The notes beneath the pieces were generated by a model. It had not been told where the DNA came from. It was given only the letters and a program-made list of their open reading frames with translations, and did not search any database. A program made the position numbers and the translations under genes. Below are positions 27,684 through 42,996 of a DNA stretch of 64,000 nucleotides, in pieces; within the stretch, counting starts at the first letter, position 1; each line of letters starts with the position of its first letter. Source of the DNA: Haliotis rufescens (lineage: Eukaryota). Location of the stretch: NCBI RefSeq assembly GCF_023055435.1, contig NW_025963779.1:81344001-81408000 (forward strand). The letters are read 5' to 3'.

Positions 27684-28222
27684 TTAGTAGTAGCCATATC
27701 CAATACCTGCAACAAAAAGAAGAGGTTTTTGTTTAAGAATATTTTCCGTACAAAGTCATTTCTACGTCTCGTAATAATTTCTATATTCAATATATCGATA
27801 GGTTAGTTATGCTGCATGTGTCCAATGAAGGTGGAAAATAAGTTTGGTGTAATTAGCTTACTTATAATCTGTCAAAGTATTAGGTATATGTGAGGGTCAA
27901 TAATATTCTCGGCATGATTGTATTTGCATTTACCTTTTCCGAAACCTCCGATTCCTCCGTACAGTCCTCCTAGTCCGTGGCCTCCGTATAGACCACCCAT
28001 TCCGTAGCCTCCGTATAGACCACCCATTCCGTAGCCTCCGTACAGTCCTCCCAAACCGTAACCTCCGTACAGACCTCCCATTCCGAAGCCTCCGTACAGA
28101 CCACCCATTCCGTAGCCTCCGTACAGACCACCCTTTCCGAAGCCTCCGTGCAGACCATAGCTCACAGGCTCAGCAAAGGCAGCGACAGCCAGACAGGCAA
28201 CAAGGGCGATAACTTTCATCAT
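27684..28222 (-). CDS. Secreted Gly/Tyr-rich repeat protein, copy 8 (spliced, 103 aa)
   Basis: Same translation and splice sites (offset 27379). Confidence 0.92.
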
Positions 28223-31200
28223 TTTGGAAGGCTGAAAAGGAGTTTTTCATTCATTATTCAAGTCTGTAAGAAAATCCGTTTCTGTACCAACTTGTGGTCG
28301 CTATTCTACACTTTTTTATTTTGTTGCTTTAAGTAGAACTTTATCTGATTTGAAAACTAAAAACACATTTGGAGGATTCAATCAATATTACAAATAGTAA
28401 TCAGTAAAAGTTTGAAATAGCATTACAGCAACAACTACTGACTAACACTCATAAAACGGCAACGTAAAATATAGCGTTAACAGGGACAGGCTGAATACCC
28501 CGTAAAACACAAAACAACTGATACTCACAGAGTGTGTTGATTAGACTGGATCTAAACGTGAAGAGAGGCGACAGCAGTGATAGCTAGTGCTTGAAAACAA
28601 GACGCTTATATACACCTGTATTCGGTCCACACCCGGAACTGACTAATTACAAGTATATTATCTAATTCAGCACCAATTTGCAACACCTTTTAAGAATCAT
28701 TGCTAACAGAATTCCGTTTCCCTATGCCCCCAGGGACTATGTCCAATGCAATGTATGTGTGTAGGTGCGGGAGAATGATTAGGGAAGTAATTACATCACT
28801 GACAAATGACCCGTGATGAAATTGCGTCGATATGCGTAGATTCGTGTATAAATACCGATACAGATGAGCATAGCCAGTCTTTTCCTATGTGGTCTGTGAA
28901 AAAAAAAAATTCTATCACAATGACCCAGTAACGGGTATTGTTATAATTGTAATAATAAAAGACAGTGTGTAATTCATTTCACCTCCTAGATGGTTACTCT
29001 ATAAAGTAATATCTCTTAAAGGAAAGTCTTCCCAAACATACATGGAGAGCAGGTTACCTTCCGAACATGGTGCTTCGATCCATTTTACCACCATTCTTTT
29101 TCGACATGTGTATGTATAATATACATGGCTTTCCTAAAAGCTTATAACTTTCCCCATTTCTAGGCATCGGTTTGGGATGGGTCGTTGTTGCTGCGCTGTG
29201 GATCCTTATATTTGATATTCGTCTCACCTCTGACATTTAAATAAGGATTCGCTGACTTACATCGTATCTGCTCCTAATCATAAATTACTTNNNNNNNNNN
29301 NNNNNNNNNNNNNNNNNNNNNNNNNNNNNNNNNNNNNNNNNNNNNNNNNNNNNNNNNNNNNNNNNNNNNNNNNNNNNNNNNNNNNNNNNNNNNNNNNNNN
29401 NNNNNNNNNNNNNNNNNNNNNNNNNNNNNNNNTCTGCTAAAACATTCTTGAAACTCTTGAACGACAAGGTGTCACCATATTCTTTTGCATAGCCCATGGT
29501 ATACTTTTATTAAGAACAATATTGACAAACGCACATTCTACTCATAATTTGATTAAGGCATGCAAGCCCTATATATTTCCTATCACTTCATTTATTTATA
29601 CTTCACTATCTGGATGATAACTGCAAATGATAATTATATTTAATGTAATGATGCTCCATGTTACGGTCATGAAGAAAAGTCAGTGCAGATTTAATGTTCA
29701 CATTTCAGCAGTGACTCTTCACGCACGCCTCTAGTAACACGGTTAAAAAACCTGTTGAAACAGTTCCTGTTAAAGAACAGATCTCAATGTATTTCATATG
29801 TAGTGTGATCTACAAATGGAACCTGCATTTCATAGAAAGAAATATATCATTGATTACAATGTAACAACATCGGAGCTCTGAAAGGGTCTTCCTATATCAT
29901 TAATACTGAAAAAGAGGAATGTGCAGTGGGGAGTATGGCTAATCAAGGAGTTGTATGTAAGGTGAGGTGAGGTGATATGGGGTTTAACGTCGCGTCCAAG
30001 ATTATTGCACTTATATAGCGACGTGCATGCACGTGTATGTGTGTGTGTGGCTGCTTGTACTAGTCCGGACTGATGCCGATTTATAGTGCTAGCCCACTGA
30101 GATACCATGCCGCAGTTTAACATGAATACCCGACTCAGACGGAGTATATTGACTCCGAGCCGACCAGTCCTTGTTTTAGCCCCTTAATGCCGAGCGCCAG
30201 ACAGGGTAACAACAAGTATCATCTTTTAACGTCTTTTGGTATGACGCGGCTGGGGATCGAACCCCGGACCTTCCGCTCTCCGGGCGGACGCTCTACCATT
30301 AGACCACGGAGGCGGTCCAGTTGTATGTAAAGAGCATACGGGAAAGGGATAAATGTAGGATGGTAACTAAAGCTACGGAATGGCTTGACTATGCAGCCAC
30401 GGAATGGTACGACTGTATGGGGGCACATTTCAAACCTTGTGACTGTCCATTCTTGCCATTACCAAAAACCTGTCGAGTCGTTTACTACTTTCCCAAGAAA
30501 GCTTAATAATAATCCTTACTTTTACAGATGGCATATAGGTTTAGGTGCTTCTCACGTATAAAGAATGCCGACATTTGCATTTTTGTAAATTTCATCATGG
30601 ACAGAGAGTGTTGGATACTACAGAAGACTAATGGTAAACATTTGTTTGTGTGTTACCGAAGGCACACGATCAGGTGGCTATTATATATGAATATGTGACT
30701 TTGTTATGGAACATTAATTGCCAACTTCTGTTCTTGTTGTTTTCCAGACTACGTGCTTGTCGCTTTGTTTGTTTGTTTCTTTGTGTGTTTGTTTAACGCC
30801 GCACTCGACAATATTTCAGCTAAATTACGGCGGTCTGTAAATATTCCAGTCTGGACCAGACAATCCAGTGATTGACACTATGAGCATCGATCTATGCAAT
30901 CGGGATACAATAACATGCATCAACCAAGTCAGCAAGCCTGACCACCCGATCCCGTTAGTCGCCTCTTACAGCAAGCATGGGTTGCTGAAGACCTATATTC
31001 TAAACCGGATGCTCACGGATCCGGGCTGCAGGGACGAAAGTCAACACTGTAAAGTTGATCAATGTCATTGAGGAATATACATATCTGAACCTCCATATTG
31101 CATACAAACAACTTTCACGTGCGAATGAATGACACTTTTTTAGAATCCTTCGCTATTTCTGTCAATAACAGGTGCTCGGTGCCACATGCTTGTCGTAAGA

Positions 31201-31595
31201 GCTGACTTATGAAGGCGACCAGATGTTTATTGTGTGTGACCTGACTGATTGTGCGTCACCGTGCCGCATGGTTTTGTGCCTCTGCCATGGTGTAATTTGA
31301 CAAAGGCTGACTGTAGCGTTAAACAACACTCTCTCATTCACCCACTCATTCGATCATGCCAGTAAACTAGTATACGCGTTTCTCTTTCATTTTGATGATT
31401 TATATCTCACTGTTCCGATACAACTCTCTTAATAACATTTTTTTCCTTTTGTAACATAGCCCCAACACTACTATGAATAAAAAACGTAAGACATTGTTTC
31501 AATGATTGTGTTTTATGTGACATATTTCAAACCGGATACAATAAATAATGTACATATTGATGATGCAGATGAATTGTGACACTGGAGCGACAACC

Positions 31596-32134
31596 TTAGT
31601 AGTAGCCATATCCAATACCTGCAACAAAAAGAAGAGGTTTTTGTTTAAGAATATTTTCCGTACAAAGTCATTTCTACGTCTCGTAATAATTTCTATATTC
31701 AATATATCGATAGGTTAGTTATGCTGCATGTGTCCAATGAAGGTGCAAAATAAGTTTGGTGTAATTAGCTTACTTATAATCTGTCAAAGTATTAGGTATA
31801 TGTGAGGGTCAATAATATTCTCGGCATGATTGTATTTGCATTTACCTTTTCCGAAACCTCCGATTCCTCCGTACAGTCCTCCTAGTCCGTGGCCTCCGTA
31901 TAGACCACCCATTCCGTAGCCTCCGTATAGACCACCCATTCCGTAGCCTCCGTACAGTCCTCCCAAACCGTAACCTCCGTACAGACCTCCCATTCCGAAG
32001 CCTCCGTACAGACCACCCATTCCGTAGCCTCCGTACAGACCACCCTTTCCGAAGCCTCCGTGCAGACCATAGCTCACAGGCTCAGCAAAGGCAGCGACAG
32101 CCAGACAGGCAACAAGGGCGATAACTTTCATCAT
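31596..32134 (-). CDS. Secreted Gly/Tyr-rich repeat protein, copy 9 (spliced, 103 aa)
   Basis: Same translation and splice sites (offset 31291). Confidence 0.92.
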
Positions 32135-35100
32135 TTTGTAAGGCTGAAAAGGAGTTTCTCATTCATTATTCAAGTCTGTAAGAAAATCCGTTTCTGTACC
32201 AACTTGTGGTCGCTATTCTACACTTTTTTATTTTGTTGCTTTAAGTAGAACTTTATCTGATTTGAAAACTAAAAACACATTTGGAGGATTCAATCAATAT
32301 TACAAATAGTAATCAGTAAAAGTTTGAAATAGCATTACAGCAACAACTACTGACTAACACTCATAAAACGGCAACGTAAAATACAGCGTTAACAGGGACA
32401 GGCTGAATACCCCGTAAAACACAAAACAACTGATACTCACAGAGTGTGTTGATTAGACTGGATCTAAACGTGAAGAGAGGCGACAGCAGTGATAGCTAGT
32501 GCTTGAAAACAAGACGCTTATATACACCTGTATTCGGTCCACACCCGGAACTGACTAATTACAAGTATATTATCTAATTCAGCACCAATTTGCAACACCT
32601 TTTAAGAATCATTGCTAACAGAATTCCGTTTCCCTATGCCCCCAGGGACTATGTCCAATGCAATGTATGTGTGTAGGTGCGGGCGAATGATTAGGGAAGT
32701 AATTACATCACTGACAAATGACCCGTGATGAAATTGCGTCGATATGCGTAGATTCGTGTATAAATACCGATACAGATGAGCATAGCCAGTCTTTTCCTAT
32801 GTGGTCTGTGAAAAAAACCAATTCTATCACAATGACCCAGTAACGGGTATTGTTATAATTGTAATAATAAAAGACAGTGTGTAATTCATTTCACCTCCTA
32901 GATGGTTACTCTATAAAGTAATATCTCTTAAAGGAAAGTCTTCCCAAACATACATGGAGAACAGGTTACCTTCCGAACATGGTGCTTCGATCCATTTTAC
33001 CACCATTCTTTTTCGACATGTGTATGTATAATATACATGGCTTTCCTAAAAGCTTATAACTTTCCCCATTTCTAGGCATCGGTTTGGGATGGGTCGTTGT
33101 TGCTGCGCTGTGGATCCTTATATTTGATATTCGTCTCACCTCTGACATTTAAATAAGGATTCGCTGACTTACATCGTATCTGCTCCTAATCATAAATTAC
33201 TTNNNNNNNNNNNNNNNNNNNNNNNNNNNNNNNNNNNNNNNNNNNNNNNNNNNNNNNNNNNNNNNNNNNNNNNNNNNNNNNNNNNNNNNNNNNNNNNNNN
33301 NNNNNNNNNNNNNNNNNNNNNNNNNNNNNNNNNNNNNNNNNNNNNTCTGCTAAAACATTCTTGAAACTCTTGAACGACAAGGTGTCACCATATTCTTTTG
33401 CATAGCCCATGGTATACTTTTATTAAGAACAATATTGACAAACGCACATTCTACTCATAATTTGATTAAGGCATGCAAGCCCTATATATTTCCTATCACT
33501 TCATTTATTTATACTTCACTATCTGGATGATAACTGCAAATGATAATTATATTTAATGTAATGATGCTCCATGTTACGGTCATGAAGAAAAGTCAGTGCA
33601 GATTTAATGTTCACATTTCAGCAGTGACTCTTCACGCACGCCTCTAGTAACACGGTTAAAAAACCTGTTGAAACAGTTCCTGTTAAAGAACAGATCTCAA
33701 TGTATTTCATATGTAGTGTGATCTACAAATGGAACCTGCATTTCATAGAAAGAAATATATCATTGATTACAATGTAACAACATCGGAGCTCTGAAAGGGT
33801 CTTCCTATATCATTAATACTGAAAAAGAGGAATGTGCAGTGGGGAGTATGGCTAATCAAGGAGTTGTATGTAAGGTGAGGTGAGGTGATATGGGGTTTAA
33901 CGTCGCGTCCAAGATTATTGCACTTATATAGCGACGTGCATGCACGTGTATGTGTGTGTGTGGCTGCTTGTACTAGTCCGGACTGATGCCGATTTATAGT
34001 GCTAGCCCACTGAGATACCATGCCGCAGTTTAACATGAATACCCGACTCAGACGGAGTATATTGACTCCGAGCCGACCAGTCCTTGTTTTAGCCCCTTAA
34101 TGCCGAGCGCCAGACAGGGTAACAACAAGTATCATCTTTTAACGTCTTTTGGTATGACGCGGCTGGGGATCGAACCCCGGACCTTCCGCTCTCCGGGCGG
34201 ACGCTCTACCATTAGACCACGGAGGCGGTCCAGTTGTATGTAAAGAGCATACGGGAAAGGGATAAATGTAGGATGGTAACTAAAGCTACGGAATGGCTTG
34301 ACTATGCAGCCACGGAATGGTACGACTGTATGGGGGCACATTTCAAACCTTGTGACTGTCCATTCTTGCCATTACCAAAAACCTGTCGAGTCGTTTACTA
34401 CTTTCCCAAGAAAGCTTAATAATAATCCTTACTTTTACAGATGGCATATAGGTTTAGGTGCTTCTCACGTATAAAGAATGCCGACATTTGCATTTTTGTA
34501 AATTTCATCATGGACAGAGAGTGTTGGATACTACAGAAGACTAATGGTAAACATTTGTTTGTGTGTTACCGAAGGCACACGATCAGGTGGCTATTATATA
34601 TGAATATGTGACTTTGTTATGGAACATTAATTGCCAACTTCTGTTCTTGTTGTTTTCCAGACTACGTGCTTGTCGCTTTGTTTGTTTGTTTCTTTGTGTG
34701 TTTGTTTAACGCCGCACTCGACAATATTTCAGCTAAATTACGGCGGTCTGTAAATATTCCAGTCTGGACCAGACAATCCAGTGATTGACACTATGAGCAT
34801 CGATCTATGCAATCGGGATACAATAACATGCATCAACCAAGTCAGCAAGCCTGACCACCCGATCCCGTTAGTCGCCTCTTACAGCAAGCATGGGTTGCTG
34901 AAGACCTATATTCTAAACCGGATGCTCACGGATCCGGGCTGCAGGGACGAAAGTCAACACTGTAAAGTTGATCAATGTCATTGAGGAATATACATATCTG
35001 AACCTCCATATTGCATACAAACAACTTTCACGTGCGAATGAATGACACTTTTTTAGAATCCTTCGCTATTTCTGTCAATAACAGGTGCTCGGTGCCACAT

Positions 35101-35508
35101 GCTTGTCGTAAGAGCTGACTTATGAAGGCGACCAGATGTTTATTGTGTGTGACCTGACTGATTGTGCGTCACCGTGCCGCATGGTTTTGTGCCTCTGCCA
35201 TGGTGTAATTTGACAAAGGCTGACTGTAGCGTTAAACAACACTCTCTCATTCACCCACTCATTCGATCATGCCAGTAAACTAGTATACGCGTTTCTCTTT
35301 CATTTTGATGATTTATATCTCACTGTTCCGATACAACTCTCTTAATAACATTTTTTTCCTTTTGTAACATAGCCCCAACACTACTATGAATAAAAAACGT
35401 AAGACATTGTTTCAATGATTGTGTTTTATGTGACATATTTCAAACCGGATACAATAAATAATGTACATATTGATGATGCAGATGAATTGTGACACTGGAG
35501 CGACAACC

Positions 35509-36047
35509 TTAGTAGTAGCCATATCCAATACCTGCAACAAAAAGAAGAGGTTTTTGTTTAAGAATATTTTCCGTACAAAGTCATTTCTACGTCTCGTAAT
35601 AATTTCTATATTCAATATATCGATAGGTTAGTTATGCTGCATGTGTCCAATGAAGGTGCAAAATAAGTTTGGTGTAATTAGCTTACTTATAATCTGTCAA
35701 AGTATTAGGTATATGTGAGGGTCAATAATATTCTCGGCATGATTGTATTTGCATTTACCTTTTCCGAAACCTCCGATTCCTCCGTACAGTCCTCCTAGTC
35801 CGTGGCCTCCGTATAGACCACCCATTCCGTAGCCTCCGTATAGACCACCCATTCCGTAGCCTCCGTACAGTCCTCCCAAACCGTAACCTCCGTACAGACC
35901 TCCCATTCCGAAGCCTCCGTACAGACCACCCATTCCGTAGCCTCCGTACAGACCACCCTTTCCGAAGCCTCCGTGCAGACCATAGCTCACAGGCTCAGCA
36001 AAGGCAGCGACAGCCAGACAGGCAACAAGGGCGATAACTTTCATCAT
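35509..36047 (-). CDS. Secreted Gly/Tyr-rich repeat protein, copy 10 (spliced, 103 aa)
   Basis: Same translation and splice sites (offset 35204). Confidence 0.92.
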
Positions 36048-39000
36048 TTTGTAAGGCTGAAAAGGAGTTTCTCATTCATTATTCAAGTCTGTAAGAAAAT
36101 CCGTTTCTGTACCAACTTGTGGTCGCTATTCTACACTTTTTTATTTTGTTGCTTTAAGTAGAACTTTATCTGATTTGAAAACTAAAAACACATTTGGAGG
36201 ATTCAATCAATATTACAAATAGTAATCAGTAAAAGTTTGAAATAGCATTACAGCAACAACTACTGACTAACACTCATAAAACGGCAACGTAAAATACAGC
36301 GTTAACAGGGACAGGCTGAATACCCCGTAAAACACAAAACAACTGATACTCACAGAGTGTGTTGATTAGACTGGATCTAAACGTGAAGAGAGGCGACAGC
36401 AGTGATAGCTAGTGCTTGAAAACAAGACGCTTATATACACCTGTATTCGGTCCACACCCGGAACTGACTAATTACAAGTATATTATCTAATTCAGCACCA
36501 ATTTGCAACACCTTTTAAGAATCATTGCTAACAGAATTCCGTTTCCCTATGCCCCCAGGGACTATGTCCAATGCAATGTATGTGTGTAGGTGCGGGCGAA
36601 TGATTAGGGAAGTAATTACATCACTGACAAATGACCCGTGATGAAATTGCGTCGATATGCGTAGATTCGTGTATAAATACCGATACAGATGAGCATAGCC
36701 AGTCTTTTCCTATGTGGTCTGTGAAAAAAAACAATTCTATCACAATGACCCAGTAACGGGTATTGTTATAATTGTAATAATAAAAGACAGTGTGTAATTC
36801 ATTTCACCTCCTAGATGGTTACTCTATAAAGTAATATCTCTTAAAGGAAAGTCTTCCCAAACATACATGGAGAACAGGTTACCTTCCGAACATGGTGCTT
36901 CGATCCATTTTACCACCATTCTTTTTCGACATGTGTATGTATAATATACATGGCTTTCCTAAAAGCTTAGCCCATGGTATACTTTTATTAAGAACAACAT
37001 TGACAAACGAACATTCTACTCATAATTTGATTAAGGCATGCAAGCCCTATATATTTCCTATCAATTCATTTATTTATACTTCACTATCTGGATGATAACT
37101 GCAAATGATAATTATATTTAATGTAATGATGCTCCATGTTACGGTCATGAAGAAAAGTCAGTGCAGATTTAATGTTCACATTTCAGCAGTGACTCTTCAC
37201 GCACGCCTCTAGTAACACGGTTAAAAAACCTGTTGAAACAGTTCCTGTTAAAGAACAGATCTCAATGTATTTCATATGTAGTGTGATCTACAAATGGAAC
37301 CTGCATTTCATAGAAAGAAATATATCATTGATTACAATGTAACAACATCGGAGCTCTGAAAGGGTCTTCCTATATCATTAATACTGAAAAAGAGGAATGT
37401 GCAGTGGGGAGTATGGCTAATCAAGGAGTTGTATGTAAGGTGAGGTGAGGTGAGGTGATATGGGGTTTAACGTCGCGTCCAAGATTATTGCACTTATATA
37501 GCGACGTGCATGCACGTGTATGTGTGTGTGTGGCTGCTTGTACTAGTCCGGACTGATGCCGATTTATAGTGCTAGCCCACTGAGATACCATGCCGCAGTT
37601 TAACATGAATACCCGACTCAGACGGAGTATATTGACTCCGAGCCGACCAGTCCTTGTTTTAGCCCCTTAATGCCGAGCGCCAGACAGGGTAACAACAAGT
37701 ATCATCTTTTAACGTCTTTTGGTATGACGCGGCTGGGGATCGAACCCCGGACCTTCCGCTCTCCGGGCGGACGCTCTACCATTAGACCACGGAGGCGGTC
37801 CAGTTGTATGTAAAGAGCATACGGCAAAGGGATAAATGTAGGATGGTAACTAAAGCTACGGAATGGCTTGACTATGCAGCCACGGAATGGTACGACTGTA
37901 TGGGGGCACATTTCAAACCTTGTGACTGTCCATTCTTGCCATTACCAAAAACCTGTCGAGTCGTTTACTACTTTCCCAAGAAAGCTTAATAATAATCCTT
38001 ACTTTTACAGATGGCATATAGGTTTAGGTGCTTCTCACGTATAAAGAATGCCGACATTTGCATTTTTGTAAATTTCATCATGGACAGAGAGTGTTGGATA
38101 CTACAGAAGACTAATGGTAAACATTTTTTTGTGTGTTACCGAAGGCACACGATCAGGTGGCTATTATATATGAATATGTGACCTTGTTATGGAACATTAA
38201 TTGCCAACTTCTGTTCTTGTTGTTTTCCAGACTAAGTGCTTGTCGCTTTGTTTGTTTGTTTGTTTGTTTGTTTGTTTGTTTGTTTGTTTAACGCCGCACT
38301 CGACAATATTTCAGCTACATTACGGCGGTCTGTAAATATTCCAGTCTGGACCAGACAATCCAGTGATTGACACTATGAGCATCGATCTATGCAATCGGGA
38401 TACAATAACATGCATCAACCAAGTCAGCAAGCCTGACCACCCGATCCCGTTAGTCGCCTCTTACAGCAAGCATGGGTTGCTGAAGACCTATATTCTAAAC
38501 CGGATGCTCACGGATCCGGGCTGCAGGGACGAAAGTCAACACTGTAAAGTTGATCAATGTCATTGAGGAATATACATATCTGAACCTCCATATTGCATAC
38601 AAACAACTTTCACGTGCGAATGAATGACACTTTTTTAGAATCCTACGCTATTTCTGTCAATAACAGGTGCTCGGTGCCACATGCTTGTCGTAAGAGCTGA
38701 CTTATGAAGGCGACCAGATGTTTATTGTGTGTGACCTGACTGATTGTGCGTCACCGTGCCGCATGGTTTTGTGCCTCTGCCATGGTGTAATTTGACAAAG
38801 GCTGACTGTAGCGTCAAACAACACTCTCTCATTCACCCACTCATTCGCTCATGCCAGTAAACTAGTATACGCGTTTCTCTTTCATTTTGATGATTTATAT
38901 CTCACTGTTCCGATACAACTCTCTTAATAACATTTTTTTCCTTTTGTAACATAGCCCCAACACTACTATGAATAAAAAACGTAAGACATTGTTTCAATGA

Positions 39001-39090
39001 TTGTGTTTTATGTGACATATTTCAAACCGGATACAATAAATAATGTACATATTGATGATGCAGATGAATTGTGACACTGGAGCGACAACC

Positions 39091-39629
39091 TTAGTAGTAG
39101 CCATATCCAATACCTGCAACAAAAAGAAGAGGTTTTTGTTTAAGAATATTTTCCGTACAAAGTCATTTCTACGTCTCGTAATAATTTCTATATTCAATAT
39201 ATCGATAGGTTAGTTATGCTGCATGTGTCCAATGAAGGTGCAAAATAAGTTTGGTGTAATTAGCTTACTTATAATCTGTCAAAGTATTAGGTATATGTGA
39301 GGGTCAATAATATTCTCGGCATGATTGTATTTGCATTTACCTTTTCCGAAACCTCCGATTCCTCCGTACAGTCCTCCTAGTCCGTGGCCTCCGTATAGAC
39401 CACCCATTCCGTAGCCTCCGTATAGACCACCCATTCCGTAGCCTCCGTACAGTCCTCCCAAACCGTAACCTCCGTACAGACCTCCCATTCCGAAGCCTCC
39501 GTACAGACCACCCATTCCGTAGCCTCCGTACAGACCACCCTTTCCGAAGCCTCCGTGCAGACCATAGCTCACAGGCTCAGCAAAGGCAGCGACAGCCAGA
39601 CAGGCAACAAGGGCGATAACTTTCATCAT
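39091..39629 (-). CDS. Secreted Gly/Tyr-rich repeat protein, copy 11 (spliced, 103 aa)
   Basis: Same translation and splice sites (offset 38786). Confidence 0.92.
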
Positions 39630-40715
39630 TTTGGAAGGCTGAAAAGGAGTTTTTCATTCATTATGCAAGTCTGTAAGAAAATCCGTTTCTGTACCAACTT
39701 GTGGTCGCTATTCTACACTTTTTTATTTTGTTGCTTTAAGTAGAACTTTATCTGATTTGAAAACTAAAAACACATTTGGAGGATTCAATCAATATTACAA
39801 ATAGTAATCAGTAAAAGTTTGAAATAGCATTACAGCAACAACTACTGACTAACACTCATAAAACGGCAACGTAAAATACAGCGTTAACAGGGACAGGCTG
39901 AATACCCCGTAAAACACAAAACAACTGATACTCACAGAGTGTGTTGATTAGACTGGATCTAAACGTGAAGAGAGGCGACAGCAGTGATAGCTAGTGCTTG
40001 AAAACAAGACGCTTATATACACCTGTATTCGGTCCACACCCGGAACTGACTAATTACAAGTATATTATCTAATTCAGCACCAATTTGCAACACCTTTTAA
40101 GAATCATTGCTAACAGAATTCCGTTTCCCTATGCCCCCAGGGACTATGTCCAATGCAATGTATGTGTGTAGGTGCGGGCGAATGATTAGGGAAGTAATTA
40201 CATCACTGACAAATGACCCGTGATGAAATTGCGTCGATATGCGTAGATTCGTGTATAAATACCGATACAGATGAGCATAGCCAGTCTTTTCCTATGTGGT
40301 CTTTGAAAAAAACCCAATTCTATCACAATGACCCAGTAACGGGTATTGTTATAATTGTAATAATAAAAGACAGTGTGTAATTCATTTCACCTCCTAGATG
40401 GTTACTCTATAAAGTAATATCTCTTAAAGGAAAGTCTTCCCAAACATACATGGAGAGCAGGTTACCTTCCGAACATGGTGCTTCGATCCATTTTACCACC
40501 ATTCTTTTTCGACATGTGTATGTATAATATACATGGCTTTCCTAAAAGCTTATAACTTTCCCCATTTCTAGGCATCGGTTTGGGATGGGTCGTTGTTGCT
40601 GCGCTGTGGATCCTTATATTTGATATTCATCTCATCTCTGACATTTAAATAAGGATTCGCTGACTTACATCGTATCTGCTCCTAATCATAAATTACTTAA
40701 TTCAAAACACAGACT

Positions 40716-40809
<94 letters not shown>

Positions 40810-42996
40810 GTATATATGTACGCCCTCTGCTAAAACATTCTTGAAACTCTTGAACGACAAGGTGTCATCATATACTTTTGCATAGCCCATGGTATACTTT
40901 TATTAAGAACAACATTGACAAACGAACATTCTACTCATAATTTGATTAAGGCATGCAAGCCCTATATATTTCCTATCAATTCATTTATTTATACTTCACT
41001 ATCTGGATGATAACTGCAAATGATAATTATATTTAATGTAATGATGCTCCATGTTACGGTCATGAAGAAAAGTCAGTGCAGATTTAATGTTCACATTTCA
41101 GCAGTGACTCTTCACGCACGCCTCTAGTAACACGGTTAAAAAACCTGTTGAAACAGTTCCTGTTAAAGAACAGATCTCAATGTATTTCATATGTAGTGTG
41201 ATCTACAAATGGAACCTGCATTTCATAGAAAGAAATATATCATTGATTACAATGTAACAACATCGGAGCTCTGAAAGGGTCTTCCTATATCATTAATACT
41301 GAAAAAGAGGAATGTGCAGTGGGGAGTATGGCTAATCAAGGAGTTGTATGTAAGGTGAGGTGAGGTGATATGGGGTTTAACGTCGCGTCCAAGATTATTG
41401 CACTTATATAGCGACGTGCATGCACGTGTATGTGTGTGTGTGGCTGCTTGTACTAGTCCGGACTGATGCCGATTTATAGTGCTAGCCCACTGAGATACCA
41501 TGCCGCAGTTTAACATGAATACCCGACTCAGACGGAGTATATTGACTCCGAGCCGACCAGTCCTTGTTTTAGCCCCTTAATGCCGAGCGCCAGACAGGGT
41601 AACAACAAGTATCATCTTTTAACGTCTTTTGGTATGACGCGGCTGGGGATCGAACCCCGGACCTTCCGCTCTCCGGGCGGACGCTCTACCATTAGACCAC
41701 GGAGGCGGTCCAGTTGTATGTAAAGAGCATACGGGAAAGGGATAAATGTAGGATGGTAACTAAAGCTACGGAATGGCTTGACTATGCAGCCACGGAATGG
41801 TACGACTGTATGGGGGCACATTTCAAACCTTGTGACTGTCCATTCTTGCCATTACCAAAAACCTGTCGAGTCGTTTACTACTTTCCCAAGAAAGCTTAAT
41901 AATAATCCTTACTTTTACAGATGGCATATAGGTTTAGGTGCTTCTCACGTATAAAGAATGCCGACATTTGCATTTTTGTAAATTTCATCATGGACAGAGA
42001 GTGTTGGATACTACAGAAGACTAATGGTAAACATTTGTTTGTGTGTTACCGAAGGCACACGATCAGGTGGCTATTATATATGAATATGTGACCTTGTTAT
42101 GGAACATTAATTGCCAACTTCTGTTCTTGTTGTTTTCCAGACTAAGTGCTTGTCGCTTTGTTTGTTTGTTTGTTTGTTTGTTTGTTTGTTTGTTTAACGC
42201 CGCACTCGACAATATTTCAGCTAAATTACGGCGGTCTGTAAATATTCCAGTCTGGACCAGACAATCCAGTGATTGACACTATGAGCATCGATCTATGCAA
42301 TCGGGATACAATAACATGCATCAACCAAGTCAGCAAGCCTGACCACCCGATCCCGTTAGTCGCCTCTTACAGCAAGCATGGGTTGCTGAAGACCTATATT
42401 CTAAACCGGATGCTCACGGATCCGGGCTGCAGGGACGAAAGTCAACACTGTAAAGTTGATCAATGTCATTGAGGAATATACATATCTGAACCTCCATATT
42501 GCATACAAACAACTTTCACGTGCGAATGAATGACACTTTTTTAGAATCCTACGCTATTTCTGTCAATAACAGGTGCTCGGTGCCACATGCTTGTCGTAAG
42601 AGCTGACTTATGAAGGCGACCAGATGTTTATTGTGTGTGACCTGACTGATTGTGCGTCACCGTGCCGCATGGTTTTGTGCCTCTGCCATGGTGTAATTTG
42701 ACAAAGGCTGACTGTAGCGTCAAACAACACTCTCTCATTCACCCACTCATTCGCTCATGCCAGTAAACTAGTATACGCGTTTCTCTTTCATTTTGATGAT
42801 TTATATCTCACTGTTCCGATACAACTCTCTTAATAACATTTTTTTCCTTTTGTAACATAGCCCCAACACTACTATGAATAAAAAACGTAAGACATTGTTT
42901 CAATGATTGTGTTTTATGTGACATATTTCAAACCGGATACAATAAATAATGTACATATTGATGATGCAGATGAATTGTGACACTGGAGCGACAACC

